Positions 41,853-54,652 of a stretch of DNA of 64,000 nucleotides are shown here, one piece after another. The position numbers and the translations under genes were made by a program. The stretch is from an uncultured Alphaproteobacteria bacterium (GTDB lineage: Bacteria > Pseudomonadota > Alphaproteobacteria > Rhizobiales > Beijerinckiaceae). How positions within the stretch are numbered: the stretch's first letter is position 1; each line of letters begins with the position of its first letter. The notes below the pieces were generated by a model. The model made no database searches and was not told the DNA's origin. It saw only the letters and a program-made list of their open reading frames with translations. The stretch covers positions 73,055-137,054 of the forward strand of contig CAVUJV010000006.1 of the NCBI GenBank assembly GCA_963741845.1, in the 5' to 3' direction.

Positions 41853-44588
41853 CCGGCCAGCCCATCGCGCGGGTCAGGAACGTATCGCACGCCTACGGGT
41901 CGACTGTCGCGCTCGCCGACGTCAGCATCGACATCCCTTCGCGCATCATGGTCGGCGTGATCGGGCCGGACGGCGTCGGAAAGTCGACTCTGCTGGGGCT
42001 TATCGCGGGCGTGAAAAAAATTCAGGCCGGCGAGGTCGTCGTCTTCGACAAGAACCTCGCCGACCAGGAAACCTTGCGCGAGATTCGCGGCCGCATTGCC
42101 TATATGCCGCAGGGCCTCGGGCGCAACCTCTACCCAACGCTCTCCGTCTTCGAGAACATCGACTTCTTCGGTCGCCTGTTCGGCCAGGGCGCCGAGGAGC
42201 GCCGCACGCGCATCACCGAGCTCCTGACCGCCACGGCAATGGAGAAGTTCGAAGCGCGCCCTGCCGGCAAGCTTTCCGGCGGGATGAAGCAGAAGCTGAG
42301 CCTCTGCTGCGCGCTCATCAACGACCCCGACCTGCTCATCCTCGACGAGCCGACGACCGGCGTCGACCCCCTCTCGCGCGGCCAGTTCTGGGACCTCATC
42401 AACTCGATCCGCGCGCGCCGGCCGCAGATGAGCGTGATCGTCGCCACCGCCTATATGGACGAAGCCGAACGCTTCGACTGGCTGATGGCGATGGACGACG
42501 GCAAGATCATCGCCACCGGCGCCCTGAAGGAGTTGCTCGCCAAGACCGGCGAGCCCAATCTCGACGAAGCCTTCATCGCGATGATGCCCGAAGCCAAGCG
42601 CGCCCTCCACAAGAAGGTCGTCGTGCGCCCGCGTGTCGTCTCGCCGGACGAAACGCCGGCGATCGAGGCGGAAGGCCTCACACGGCGATTCGGCGACTTC
42701 GTCGCGGTCGATCACGTCAGTTTCAAAATCGCCCGCGGCGAGATCTTCGGCTTCCTCGGCTCGAACGGCTGCGGCAAGTCGACGACGATGAAGATGCTCG
42801 TCGGCTTCCTGCCGGCGAGCAGCGGCTCATGCAAGCTGTTCGGCCAGCCCATGGGTTCGAGCGATATGCAGGCCCGGCGCAACGTCGGGTACATGACCCA
42901 GGCCTTCTCGCTCTACGGCGAGTTGACGGTCGGGCAGAATCTCGACCTTCACGCCCAGCTCTATCACCTGCCGCATGAGAAGATCGCGCCGCGCATCGAA
43001 GAGCTGCTCGAGCGCTATGACCTGAAGTCGGTCGTCAACGCCCGGCCGGACAGCCTGCCGCTCGGCATCAAGCAGCGCCTCCAGCTCGCGGTGGCTGTGC
43101 TGCACGAGCCCTCCATTCTCATCCTCGACGAGCCGACGTCGGGCGTCGACCCGATCGCGCGCGATGCGTTCTGGAATACCCTGATCGATCTTTCGCGCGA
43201 CGATGGGGTGACGATTTTCGTCACCACGCATTTCATGAACGAGGCGGAGCGCTGCGACCGCATTTCGCTTATGCACGCGGGCAAGGTGCTTGCCGTCGGC
43301 GCGCCGCACGATCTCGTAAAAGAGCGCGGCAGCGCTTCGCTCGAGGATTGCTTCGTCGGCTATCTCGCCGAGGCGGCCGGCATCGACATGTCGAAAAAGG
43401 CCGAAGCGGCGGCGCCGACCGCGGCCGAAGCGGAGGTTATCCAGCGGCCGAGGCGCTTCAACCCGGGCCGGCTCTGGGCCTATGCGCGGCGGGAAACCGT
43501 CGAACTCTTGCGCGATCCGATCCGGCTGGCCTTTGCGCTGGTCGGCCCGATCATCCTGATGTTGGCCTTCGGCTATGGCATCTCGTTCGACATCGAGAAC
43601 CTCGAGACCGCGGCCTTCGACCAGGACGACACGCCGCAGAGCCGGGACCTGCTCCAGGGTTTCGAAGGCTCGCGCTATTTCTCCGTTCAGCCGCCGATCA
43701 CGTCGGCCGAAGAGATGGAGAGACGCCTCAAGAGCGGGAACACTCAGATCGTCGTCGAAGTGCCGCCCGGATTCGGCCGCGACCTTCTGAACAAGCGGAC
43801 GCCGGAAGTCGACGCGACGGTCGACGGCGCCATGACCTTCCGCGGAGAGACGGCGAAGAATTACGTCACGGGCGTCGTCAGGAAGCAGGGCGAGGAACTT
43901 CAGCGTGAGCCTCTATCGTCCGGGCAAGCCCAACGCCTGGAGCGACGACGATATCCAGACGCGGTTCCGCTACAACCAGGCCTTTCTCAGCGTGAACGCG
44001 ATGGTGCCCAGTATTTTCATGCTGATGCTGTGTCTGATCCCGGCGATCATGTCGGCGATCGCGGTCGTGCGGGAGAAGGAGACCGGTTCGATCGCCAACT
44101 TCCGCTCGACGCCAATCACCCGGTTCGAGTTCCTCATCGGAAAGCAATTGCCCTATGTCGCAATCGCGATGGTCAACTTCTTCGCCCTGCTCCTGATCGC
44201 GGTTTTCGTTTTCCGTGTGCCGGTGAAAGGGCCGTTCCTCGTCCTGCTCCTGGGAACGCTCGTCTACGTCATTGCGACCACCGGATTCGGCGAGCTCATC
44301 TCCTCCTTTACCCGGACGCAGGTGGCCGCGGTCTTCGCAACCGCCATCCTCTCGATCGTGCCGGCGGTCAATTTCTCCGGAATGCTCGCGCCCGTGTCGT
44401 CGCTCTCGGGCGGGGCGAGGATCATCGGCCTCAGCTTCCCGTCGTCCTGGTACCAGCAGGTTTCCGTTGGCGTATTCGCCAAGGCGCTCGGCATCGCCGA
44501 CCTCTGGCCCAACATCGCCGCGATGGCGCTCATCGCGCTCGTCTTCCTGCTCCTGTCGCTGGCCTTGCTTCGCAAGCAGGAGGCGTGA
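41849..44588 (+). CDS. rbbA: RbbA (YhiH) tandem-ATPase/ABC-2 permease, one frameshift near 43907
   Basis: [23 protein letters not shown], second [11 protein letters not shown], then permease RFRYN..., VREKETGSI. Confidence 0.9.
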
Positions 44589-44589
44589 A

Positions 44590-45774
44590 ATGTCTCAGGC
44601 TTCCTCACCCAAAGCGCCGCGTCTCGTCGAAGCCAAGCCGCTGACCTTCGTCGACCATGTCGTCAACATCTTCCATTTGGTGATCAAGGAGCTGAGAAGC
44701 ATCCGGGCCGACCCGGTGATGCTGGTCCTGGTCGTCTATTCGTTCAGCATTTCGGTCAACACGGTCGCGACCGGCGCTGTGACCGAGGCGACCAATCTGT
44801 CGGTCGGCATCGTGGACGAGGACGGCTCGGACCTCTCGCGGCAAATCGCCGAGGGGTTGCGGCTGCCGACCTTCCAGCCGCCCGTCCAGATCACCGCGTC
44901 GGACATCGACCCGATGATGGACCGGGGCAAGCTTCTGTTCGTCGTCGAGATCCCGCCGAACTTCGAGGCGGACGTCCGCGCTCAGCGCCAGACCGGACTC
45001 CAGATCAATGTCGACGCGACGGCGGTCGCCCAGGCCGGCAACGGCGCAAGCTCGCTGCGCAACGCCATCGCCGCCGAGATCCAGCGCTTTATCTCGGGCC
45101 GGGAAGACTCGACCGGCGTCCCGATCAATCTCGTGCTCCGCGCGGCCTTCAACCCGAATCTCAAGACGGCGTGGTTCTCGGCGATGACCCAGGTCATCAA
45201 CCAGATCACGATGCTGACCGTCATCCTCACCGGCGCGGCGCTGATCCGCGAGCGCGAGCAGGGCACGGTCGAACATTTGCTTGTCATGCCGGTCGTGCCG
45301 ACGGAGATCATGCTTGCCAAGATGATCGCCAACGGCCTCGTCATCCTGATCGCGGCGATGCTGTCGCTGCAATTCGTCGTGCACTGGTGGATCGGTTCGC
45401 CGATCAACGGGTCTTTGCTGGTGTTCCTGCTCGGGGCGGCGATCTATGCGCTCGTCGTGGCGGCGCTCGGCATCCTGCTCGGCACGCTCGCCACGACCAT
45501 GGGCCAGTTCGGCCTGCTCGCCATGCCGGTCTTGATGGTGACGCAGCTGCTGTCGGGCAGCAGCACGCCGATGGAGAGCATGCCTGTATGGCTGCAATAT
45601 GTGATGCAGACGATCAGCCCGACCCCGCATTTTGTCGCTTTTTCGCAGGCCGTTCTTTTCCGCGGAGCCGACATCGCGCTCGTCTGGCGCCCCCTCGTGG
45701 CCATGTTCATTATCGGCGTTGTCTATTTCTCCGTGGCTCGTTGGCGATTCCGGAAGGTCATATTCGGGGGATAA
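44590..45774 (+). CDS. yhhJ: ABC-2 permease (YhhJ-like)
   Basis: [37 protein letters not shown]. Confidence 0.9.
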   Translation: MSQASSPKAPRLVEAKPLTFVDHVVNIFHLVIKELRSIRADPVMLVLVVYSFSISVNTVATGAVTEATNLSVGIVDEDGSDLSRQIAEGLRLPTFQPPVQITASDIDPMMDRGKLLFVVEIPPNFEADVRAQRQTGLQINVDATAVAQAGNGASSLRNAIAAEIQRFISGREDSTGVPINLVLRAAFNPNLKTAWFSAMTQVINQITMLTVILTGAALIREREQGTVEHLLVMPVVPTEIMLAKMIANGLVILIAAMLSLQFVVHWWIGSPINGSLLVFLLGAAIYALVVAALGILLGTLATTMGQFGLLAMPVLMVTQLLSGSSTPMESMPVWLQYVMQTISPTPHFVAFSQAVLFRGADIALVWRPLVAMFIIGVVYFSVARWRFRKVIFGG

Positions 45775-45829
45775 AAGCGACCATGCGCTTCCATTTTTTG
45801 AACGCCCCATAGGGCGAGGAGTTTTTTTT

Positions 45830-47989
45830 ATGACCCAGGAGATCAACGTCTTTCGCGCGGCGGCGGACTATTGGATCGACGCCTGCCAGCGCGGCGTGTT
45901 GTTCCTCGAGACGCTCAACGACCGTGGGAACATCTATCTCCGGCAGATGGAAAAAGACGCTCCGCACGTCCTGTCCTTCGCCGTCGAACTCGTGCTCGAC
46001 GGGCGGACTCTCGAACGCCCCGTCAATTATGCGCTCGTCCGCATCCTGCCGCCGGAAGGCGTCACGACAGATCCGGAGAAGGCGCCGATCGTCGTCGTCG
46101 ATCCGCGCGCCGGACACGGGCCGGGCATCGGCGGCATGAAGCCCGACAGCGAGATCGGCGTCGCGCTTGAGGCGGGTCACCCTGTCTATTTCGTCGGTTT
46201 CCGCCCGGACCCCGAACCAGGACAGACAATCGAGGATGTTTGTCGCGCGGAGGCGGCCTTCATCGCGGAGGTCGCGCGGCGCCATCCGGACGTCGAGGGC
46301 AAGCCGATCGTCATCGCGAACTGCCAGGCCGGCTGGCAGATCCTGATCACAGCGGCCATTCGGCCCGATCTTTTCGGCCCGATCATCGTCGCGGGCTCGC
46401 CGCTCTCCTACTGGGCGGGCGTGCGCGGCAAGAACCCCATGCGCTATCTCGGCGGCATGCTCGGCGGCACATGGTTGACCGCGCTTGCCGGCGATCTTGG
46501 GGCCGGAATTTTCGACGGGGCTAACCTCGTCGCCAATTTCGAGCAGCTCAATCCCGCCAATACCTATTGGACGAAGCCGCACAACGTCTATTCCAAAGTG
46601 GACACCGAGCCTGAGCGTTTCCTCGACTTCGAGACATGGTGGGGAGCGCCAGTGCTCCTCAACGCCGGCGAGATGCAATGGATCGCGGACAATCTCTTCG
46701 TCGGGAACATGCTCGCAGCCGGCGAGATCCGCGTCGTCCGACGGCGTCCGGGTCGATTTGCGCAACATCAAGTCGCCAATCGTTTGCTTCTGCTCATGGG
46801 GCGACGACATCACGCCGCCTCAGCAGGCGCTCGACTGGATCCTCGACCTCTATGACAACGTCGACGAAATCGTGGCGAATGGCCAGACGATCGTCTATTC
46901 GCTTCATCAAACGATCGGGCATCTTGGCATCTTCGTATCCGGCAAGGTCGCGAAGAAGGAGCACCGCGAATTCGTTTCCTGCATGGAGATGATCGAGGTC
47001 GCGCCGCCCGGACTTTACGAAGCGGTCATCACCGAGGTCTCGGATGACGTTGAAAACCGCGATCTGATCGAGGGTAAATACCTGTTCCGGCTGGAGCCGC
47101 GCACGCTCGACGACATCCGCGCTTTCGGGGTCAACAGCCCGGAGGATGAGAAACGGTTCGCGGCGGTGGCGCGCATATCGGAAATCAATCTCGGCCTCTA
47201 TCGCGCCTTCGCCCAGCCCGTTGTCCGCGCAATGGCAAGCGCCCAGACTGCGGAGGCCATGCGATCGCTTCATCCCAACCGTATGCGCTTTGCGGTCTTC
47301 TCCGACCGAAATCCGTTTATGGCGGCCGTAAAGCCGATGGCCGAAGCGGTGAGAGCGTCCCGGCGGTCCGTCAGCGCCGACAATCCCTGGCTGCAGGCGC
47401 AGACCTCGGCTTCGACTGTCATCACTGAGTCGCTCAAGCGCTGGGGCGAAATCCGCGATGGGATGACCGAACTCATGTTCATGTCGGCCTATGGGTCGCC
47501 CCTGCTTCAGGCCATGGTCGGACTTGGCGCGCCCGGGGACGAAGGGGAGAGGCGGATAGACCGAGCTCTCACGCGCGAGGCGGCGGCGGCCGAACTGAAG
47601 GCGGGTCTCGACGCGAAGTTCGAGCAGGGCGGTCTGGAGGAGGCCGCGCTCCGCGCGGTAATCTATGTTCGAAAGCCGGGAAGCGGCTTTGACGAGCGGG
47701 CCTACGCGCACTCAAGCTCATCCGGGCCAAGCGCAGGCCGAACGTGCGGCTCAATCACGAGCGCTTCCGCGAGATCCTGAGGGATCAGATCCAGCTTCTG
47801 GTCGCCGACGAGGAGCGTGCGGTCGGGGCCCTGCCGAAGCTCATCGGATCGAACCCGGAGCAGACCCGAACGGCGCTGCAGACCGTCCGGGAACTCGTCA
47901 GCGCCGAGGGTTCGCTTTCGCCGGAGGGGAAGCGCCGCCTCGCGAGGGTCGAAAAGCTGTTCGAGGCGGGCGAAGCGAAAGCGATCTGA
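45830..47989 (+). CDS. DUF3141 family alpha/beta-hydrolase-like protein (PHA synthase/depolymerase-like), frameshifts near 46735 and 47710
   Basis: DPRAGHGPGIGGMK, Cys lipase box ANCQAGW, SWGDDITPP, GHLGIFVSG. Confidence 0.85.
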
Positions 47990-47990
47990 C

Positions 47991-48948
47991 ATGACAATTT
48001 ATAAGAGCGCCACGGCGCATGAGAGATACAAGGAGCTGATCGCTCTTGCGCAGAAGCAAACGCCGATCAAGGTTGCGGTCGCGCACCCTTGCGACGACGT
48101 TTCCCTGCGCGGGGCGCTGGAGGCTCGGCGACTGGGCCTGATCGAACCGATTCTCGTCGGCCCGACCGGGCGCATCAAAGCCGTTGCGGAGAAGGCGAAC
48201 CTCGATCTCGATGATGTCGAGCTCCTGAACGCCGATTATAGCGAGGCTTCCGCCGCGGCGGCGGTCGAGCTCGTCACGAAGGGCCGCGTCGAAGGCCCTG
48301 ATGAAAGGGAGCTTGCATACCGACGAACTCATGGGCGCAATCGTATCCCGGCACTCCGGAATCCGGACGAACCGGCGGATCAGCCATTGCTTCATCATGG
48401 ATGTGCCGGGCCACCCTGAACCGCTGATCATCACCGACGCTGCGGTGAACATTGCGCCCGATCTCGATGAGAAGGTCGACATCATTCAGAACGCGATCGA
48501 TCTCGCCCATGCCATCGGCGTGAAGGAGGTGCGGGTTGCGATCCTCAGCGCGATGGAGACGGTGACCGCCAAGGTTCCCTCCACCATCGAGGCCGCCGCG
48601 TTGTGCAAAATGGCGGAGCGCGGGCAGATCACCGGCGCGCTTCTCGACGGGCCGCTCGCGCTGGACAACGCCATCAGTCCCGAGGCCGCGGCGATCAAGA
48701 ATATCGTGTCTCCCGTCGCCGGCCGGGCGAACGTGCTCGTCGTGCCGGATCTCGAGGCCGGCAACATGCTCGCCAAGAGTTTGTCCTTCCTCGCGCATGC
48801 GGACGCCGCGGGCATCGTGCTGGGCGCCAAGGTCCCCGTCATCCTGACAAGCCGGGCGGACACGCTTCTGAGCCGCCTCGCCTCCTGCGCGGTCGCAGTG
48901 ATGGTGGCGACCGCCCGGCGCAAGTCCACCGCCAAGGCGATCACCTGA
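47991..48948 (+). CDS. Phosphate acetyl/butyryltransferase, one frameshift near 48295
   Basis: AVAHP, MKGSLHTD, TDAAVNIAP, DGPLALDNA, EAGNML.K, LTSRAD. No N-terminal MaoC domain. Confidence 0.9.
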
Positions 48949-48958
48949 GGCAAGCGCG

Positions 48959-49741
48959 ATGAGCGACACACTCAAGGGCGCGATTCTTGCCGGCCGTAAG
49001 GCGCTTGTCGTCGGAATCGCAAATGAGGACTCGATCGCCTACGGCTGCGCCAAGGCCTTTCGGGAAGTCGGCGCCGAACTCGCCGTAACCTGGCTGAACG
49101 ACAAGGCTAGGCCCTTTGTCGAGCCGCTTGCGAACGAGCTCGGCGCCTCGATCACGGGAGCGCTCGACGTATCCGCGCCCGGTCAGCTCGAAGCCCTCTT
49201 TGATCGCATCCGATCGGAATGGGGGCGGCTCGATATTCTCGTCCATTCCATCGCCTTCGCGCCCAAGCAGGATCTGCAGGGCGGACTGCTGGACTGCTCA
49301 GCGGAAGGCTTCGCCAAGGCGATGGACGTTTCGTGCCATTCCTTCATCAGGATGGCGAAGCTCGCGGCCCCGCTGATGACCGAGGGCGGGACGCTGTTTG
49401 CGATGAGCTACTACGGCGCCAACCGGGTCGTGCCGAACTACAACGTGATGGGACCCGTGAAGGCCGCGCTCGAGGCCTCATGCCGCTACCTCGCCTTCGA
49501 ACTCGGCTCGAAGGGCATTCGTGTCCATGCAATATCGCCCGGGCCTCTGAAGACCAGGGCGGCTTCGGGGCTCAAGGACTTCGACCTTCTGCTCAGCGAG
49601 GCGGCGCAGCGGGCGCCGATTGGAGAATTGGCCGATATCATGGACGTGGGCTTTACATGCGCCTATCTCGCGACCCCGTTCGCGAAGCGCATTACCGGAA
49701 GCACCGTCTATGTCGATGGCGGCGTCAATATGATGGCGTGA
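48959..49741 (+). CDS. fabI: Enoyl-ACP reductase FabI (secondary copy)
   Basis: GIANEDSIAYG, HSIAFA, YNVMGPVKAALE, ISPGPLKT. Confidence 0.92.
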   Translation: MSDTLKGAILAGRKALVVGIANEDSIAYGCAKAFREVGAELAVTWLNDKARPFVEPLANELGASITGALDVSAPGQLEALFDRIRSEWGRLDILVHSIAFAPKQDLQGGLLDCSAEGFAKAMDVSCHSFIRMAKLAAPLMTEGGTLFAMSYYGANRVVPNYNVMGPVKAALEASCRYLAFELGSKGIRVHAISPGPLKTRAASGLKDFDLLLSEAAQRAPIGELADIMDVGFTCAYLATPFAKRITGSTVYVDGGVNMMA

Positions 49742-49866
49742 CGGCAGGCCTCGCGCGGGCGCCCCATCCTCTTCGCGCCCGCTTTGGCGGATCGCCCCTG
49801 CGGCGATTTGCGGCGCTTTCGAAAAGGCCGCCGGGATGGTGTAGAGAAGGGGATCGGGAGGACTCG

Positions 49867-50706
49867 ATGGGCGCGAAGAAGACCAACAAGCCCGGCAAAG
49901 CGACGAAGGCCGAGACGCCTGAAAAGCTGAACCGCAAGGCTTACGAGCGCGAGCTCGCGCGGCTTCACGGCGAACTCGTGAAGTTGCAGCGCTGGGCCGT
50001 CGCCGAAGGCGTGAAGATCGTCGTCGTCTTCGAAGGCCGCGACGGCGCGGGCAAGGGCGGGGTCATCAAGGCGATCACCGAGCGCGTCAGCCCGCGCATC
50101 TTCCGGGTCGTCGCCTTGCCCGCTCCGACCGACCGTGAAAAGTCGCAGATGTATATCCAGCGCTACATCGGCCACCTGCCTGCCGCCGGCGAGATCGTCA
50201 TATTCGACCGCAGCTGGTACAATCGCGCCGGTGTCGAGCGCGTCATGGAATTCTGCTCGATGGAGCAGGTCAAGCGCTTTCTTGAAGTGGCGCCCGAGGT
50301 CGAGAAGGCCATCGTCGAGTCCGGGATCGTTCTGATCAAGTATTGGCTCGAAGTGAGCCCCGACGAGCAGACCCGCAGGCTCGAAGCGCGCATCAACGAT
50401 CCGCGCAAGATCTGGAAGCTGTCGCCGATGGACCTCAAGTCCTACAACCGATGGTATGATTATTCGCGGGCGCGCGACGACATGCTTCAGGCGACGGACA
50501 CGCCCTGGGCGCCCTGGTACGTGGTGAGGTCGGACGACAAGAAGAGCGCCCGCCTCAACACGATAACGCACTTGCTCTCGCGGATCCCCTACAAGGAGAT
50601 TCCCCACGAGAAGGTCGTCCTGCCCAAGCGCCAGAAGCCGCACGGCTATGTCGATCCCGACTATCCGATGAAGATGGTTCCGGAACTCGACTGGAGCGAA
50701 GGCTGA
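49867..50706 (+). CDS. ppk2: Polyphosphate kinase 2
   Basis: FEGRDGAGKGG, FDRSWYNRAGVERVM, WKLSPMD. Confidence 0.95.
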   Translation: MGAKKTNKPGKATKAETPEKLNRKAYERELARLHGELVKLQRWAVAEGVKIVVVFEGRDGAGKGGVIKAITERVSPRIFRVVALPAPTDREKSQMYIQRYIGHLPAAGEIVIFDRSWYNRAGVERVMEFCSMEQVKRFLEVAPEVEKAIVESGIVLIKYWLEVSPDEQTRRLEARINDPRKIWKLSPMDLKSYNRWYDYSRARDDMLQATDTPWAPWYVVRSDDKKSARLNTITHLLSRIPYKEIPHEKVVLPKRQKPHGYVDPDYPMKMVPELDWSEG

Positions 50707-50855
50707 CGCTTGCCGGCTCTCCGCGGCGCTGGCATAGGGCTCGGCCGGTTCGCTATTAGGCCTGAACGCTTCAACCCTATTGGCCAACCGCTAGCGCCAA
50801 TTTCTCAGTGGCCTTTGAAGCGTTCGACGTCCAGACCGGCCCGAGCCAGCCGTCG

Positions 50856-51950
50856 CTATCCCGCCTGGCTGGCGATGTCCTTCGGCGGCGCTCGCTTGAG
50901 CGCTTCGTCGATGTCCAGCGTGCCCTCGACGCCGATGGCGTCGAAATGCGCCCGGAGCCATGCCTCGGCGTCGGTTCGCCCGAGTGCGTGCAACTCGCGC
51001 AAGAATGGCCAGGAGACGTCGAATTTGCTCGCGGCGCCGAATTTCGCGAGACGCCCCGCGCCGCCAATTCGATGAAGCCGCTCAAGCCGGTAATCCGGAC
51101 TTTGCAGGACGCCGGACGTGATGAGGCGGGCGACGAAATCGGCCGCGCGCAGTTCCGCGAGCAGGCTTGCGTTGAAGGTCACTTCGTTGACCCGGTCGGC
51201 GATCTCATCGGGCGTGTGGGGAACATGCGGCCGCTCGATCGGATTGATCTGGACGATCACGATGTCGTCGCAGTCTGTTTCGTAAAAGAGCGGCCACAGG
51301 GGCGGATTGCCCGCGTAGCCGCCGTCCCAGTACGCCTCGCCGTCGATCTCGACCGCCTGAAAGAGTTGCGGCAGGCAGGCCGAAGCCATGATGTGATCGA
51401 CGGTCAGCATCGGATTGCGGAAGATCTCGCCGCGGCCGGTGCGCACATTCGTCGCGGCGACGAAAAGCTTGACGGCCCCGTCGGCGTTGATCCGTTCGAA
51501 ATCGACCGCGTTGGCGAGATGTTCGCGCAGCGGATTGATGTTGAGCGGATTGAAGGTGTAGGGGCTCACGAATTCGGCCATTGCGCGCGCGCAGGCGTTG
51601 AACCACTCGGCGGCCGGGTTCGCGACGCACCCCGTGGCGTCGAGCCAGGCGTCGACGAGCTTGCGCTGCGTGGGCGCGAGCGAGCCCTCGGTCGAGACGG
51701 AGAGCCAGAATTCTTCCAGCTTCTCTTTCGCCCGCGAGCGTCCGCCCTCGTCGAGCCCGTCGACGAAGACGACGGCGTTCATCGCGCCCGCGCTCGACCC
51801 GCTGATCGCCTCGATCCGGATGCGCGGATCGTCGTTGAAGGCGTCGAGCACGCCCCAGGCATAGGCGCCGTGGGCGCCGCCGCCCTGAAGCGCGAGGTTT
51901 ACGGGCTTGACCTCGCCGCGGCGCCTCGCGGCTTTCGGCGCGCGGCTCAC
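50856..51950 (-). CDS. Patatin-like phospholipase/esterase
   Basis: GGGAHG, GSSAG, ASACLP, DGG. The GTG start overlaps the bdhA stop (GTGA). Confidence 0.92.
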   Translation of the reverse strand: MSRAPKAARRRGEVKPVNLALQGGGAHGAYAWGVLDAFNDDPRIRIEAISGSSAGAMNAVVFVDGLDEGGRSRAKEKLEEFWLSVSTEGSLAPTQRKLVDAWLDATGCVANPAAEWFNACARAMAEFVSPYTFNPLNINPLREHLANAVDFERINADGAVKLFVAATNVRTGRGEIFRNPMLTVDHIMASACLPQLFQAVEIDGEAYWDGGYAGNPPLWPLFYETDCDDIVIVQINPIERPHVPHTPDEIADRVNEVTFNASLLAELRAADFVARLITSGVLQSPDYRLERLHRIGGAGRLAKFGAASKFDVSWPFLRELHALGRTDAEAWLRAHFDAIGVEGTLDIDEALKRAPPKDIASQAG

Positions 51951-52732
51951 GCCGCGGTCCAGCCGCCGTCGATCGAGAGATTCGCGCCCGTGATCTGCGA
52001 GGCCGCGTCCGAGCACAGATAGACCGCCATCGAGGCGACCTGTTCGACGGTGACGAACTGCTTCGTCGGCTGCGCGAGCAGCATCACGTCGTTGATGACC
52101 TGCTCGCGCGTCATGTTGCGCGCCTTCATCGTGTCGGGGACCTGGTTGGCGACGAGAGGCGTCCACACATAGCCGGGCGAAATGCAATTCGCCGTGACGC
52201 CGAACGTGGCGAGTTCGAGCGCGGCCGTCTTGGTGAGCCCCGCGAGGCCGTGCTTCGCCGCGACGTAAGCCGACTTGAAGGGCGAGGCGACGAGCGAATG
52301 CGCCGAGGCGGTGTTGATGATCCGGCCCCATTTGCGGGCCTTCATGCCCGGTATCGCGGCCCGCATCGTGTGGAAAGCGGACGAGAGGTTGATCGCGATG
52401 ATGAGGTCCCACTTCTCCTGCGGAAAATCCTCGATCGGCGACACGAACTGAACGCCGGCGTTGTTCACGAGGATATCGACGCCGCCCATCTTCGCGATCG
52501 CGTCGGCGATGAGCCCTTCCGCTTCGGGCCCTTTCGAGAGGTCGGCGCCGTTGTGGAACGCCTTGACGCCGAATTCCTTCTCGATCCCGGCGCGGGTCTC
52601 CTCGATCGCCTTGGCGTCGCCGAAGCCATTCAGCATCACATCCGCGCCCTCTTTCGCGAGGGCGCGTGCGGTTGCAAGGCCGATTCCGCTGGTCGAGCCC
52701 GTGACGACGGCGTGACGATTGGCGAGGGACAT
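51947..52732 (-). CDS. bdhA: D-3-hydroxybutyrate dehydrogenase
   Basis: [42 protein letters not shown]. Confidence 0.95.
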   Translation of the reverse strand: MSLANRHAVVTGSTSGIGLATARALAKEGADVMLNGFGDAKAIEETRAGIEKEFGVKAFHNGADLSKGPEAEGLIADAIAKMGGVDILVNNAGVQFVSPIEDFPQEKWDLIIAINLSSAFHTMRAAIPGMKARKWGRIINTASAHSLVASPFKSAYVAAKHGLAGLTKTAALELATFGVTANCISPGYVWTPLVANQVPDTMKARNMTREQVINDVMLLAQPTKQFVTVEQVASMAVYLCSDAASQITGANLSIDGGWTAA

Positions 52733-52872
52733 GGGACGGCTCCGGGAGTTTTTGGGAGGTTCTGTTGCCGCGTACATAGCGTCTTCGGCGCGGGCATGCG
52801 AGAGCGGAGCCCGTTCCACGGGCCGCCGGCTCCGGCTAACGCCTTGGAAACCGGGCCGTACCAAGCCTCTCG

Positions 52873-52917
52873 AAAAAATAATTAAGGGCCTTCTCCCGTC
52901 GCATAAGGAGAAGGCCC
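52873..52917 (-). terminator. Rho-independent terminator after actP
   Basis: GGGCCTTCTCC/GGAGAAGGCCC stem with a T-rich tail on the minus strand. Confidence 0.7.
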
Positions 52918-52968
52918 CGGAGTTCTGCGCGGGCGACGGCGCCTCCGCCGCCGCAAGCGCGAGACGCG

Positions 52969-54652
52969 TTAGTGGCTCGCTGCGACGTCGGCGCCGATGC
53001 CCGTCTGCGAGCGGACATATTGCGCTTCGAACGCCGCCCGTTCGGCCTGCGCGGTCTTCGACTTGTCGGTGACCGAGAACAGCCAGCTGCAGAAGAAGGC
53101 GAGCGGCATCGTGAAGAGCGCCGGCGACACATAGGGGAACCAGGCGCCGGCCGGATTGAGTCCGAGCACGGCCACCCAGATCGCCTTGCTGAAGATCGTC
53201 AGCACGACCGCGCTGATGAGGCCGACGAAGCCGCCGATGAAGGCGCCGCGGGTCGTCAGACCCTTCCACAACATAGCGAGCAACAGCACGGGGAAGTTGG
53301 CGCTCGCCGCGACCGCGAAGGCGAGGCCGACCATGAAGGCGACGTTCACCTTCTCGAACAGCACGCCGAGAATGATCGCAACGATGCCGAGCACGACTGT
53401 CGTGACCCGCGACACGCGCACTTCCGCGCCTTCCTCGACCCTGCCGTGCCGGAACACGCTGGCGTAGAGGTCGTGGCTGACCGCGCTCGCGCCCGACAGC
53501 GTGAGGCCCGACACGACCGCGACGATCGTCGCGAAGGCGACGGCCGCGATGAAGCCCTTCATGAGGTCGCCGCCGACCGCCTGGGCGAGATGGATCGCCG
53601 GCATGTTGCCGCCGCCGAGAAGCGCGCCCTTGATGTCGCCGCCGACGTGATAGATCGGATTGGTCGCCACCAGCACGATCGCGCCGAAGCCGATGATGAA
53701 AGTGAGGATGTAGAAGTAGCCGATGAAGGTCGTCGCCCAGAACACGGACTTGCGCGCTTCCTTGGCGTTGCCGACCGTGAAGAAGCGCATGAGGATGTGG
53801 GGCAGACCCGCCGTGCCGAACATCAGGGCGATGCCGAGCGAAAAGGCGTCGATCGGATTGGCGATCGCCTTGCCGGGCGGTGAGGATGTTGCCGTGCCCA
53901 GGATGGACCTCGACCGCCTTCGTGATGAGCGCGCTGAAGTTGAAGCCGAACTGGGCAAGCACGAGGAGCGCCATCAACGTCGAGCCGAACAGCAGCAGTC
54001 CCGCCTTGATGATCTGCACCCAGGTCGTTGCGATCATCCCGCCGAAGGTGACGTAGATGATCATGAGCACGCCCACCACGACGACGGCCCAGAGATAGGG
54101 CAGCCCGAAAAGCAGTTCGATCAGTTGTCCCGCGCCGACCATTTGCGCGATCAGATAGAGCGCAACCACAACCAGCGTGCCGGTCGCCGCCATGGCGCGC
54201 ATGGGCGTCGCCTGGAGCCGGTAGGACACAACGTCGGCGAAGGTGAAACGGCCGAGGTTGCGCAGCGGCTCGGCCATCAGGAACATGATGAACGGCCAGC
54301 CGACGAGGAAGCCGATCGAATAGATGAGGCCGTAATAGCCGGAGGTATAGACGAGCGCCGTGATGCCGAGGAACGAGGCCGCGGACATATAGTCGCCCGC
54401 GATGGCGAGGCCGTTCTGGAAGCCCGTGATCCCGCCGCCGGCGGCGTAGAAGTCCTTGGTCGTGCGCGTGTGTCTCGCCGCCCAATAGGTGATGGCGAGC
54501 GTCACGAGGACGAAGGCGACGAAGATGATGATGGCGTTCCAGTTGGTCGGCTGGATCTCGCCCGCTTCGATCGGGCCGGCTGCCAAAGCCGAGCCGGCCG
54601 CGAGCGTCAGGCCGGCCGCGAGGGCGGCGGCGCGAAAGATGCCTCCCATCAT
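52969..54652 (-). CDS. actP: Cation/acetate symporter ActP, one frameshift near 53875
   Basis: [44 protein letters not shown]. Confidence 0.92.

Noticed and set aside
45822-45829. T8 tract between the RBS and ATG of DUF3141 as a phase switch
   Set aside because: Short, and homopolymer length is unreliable in this assembly.
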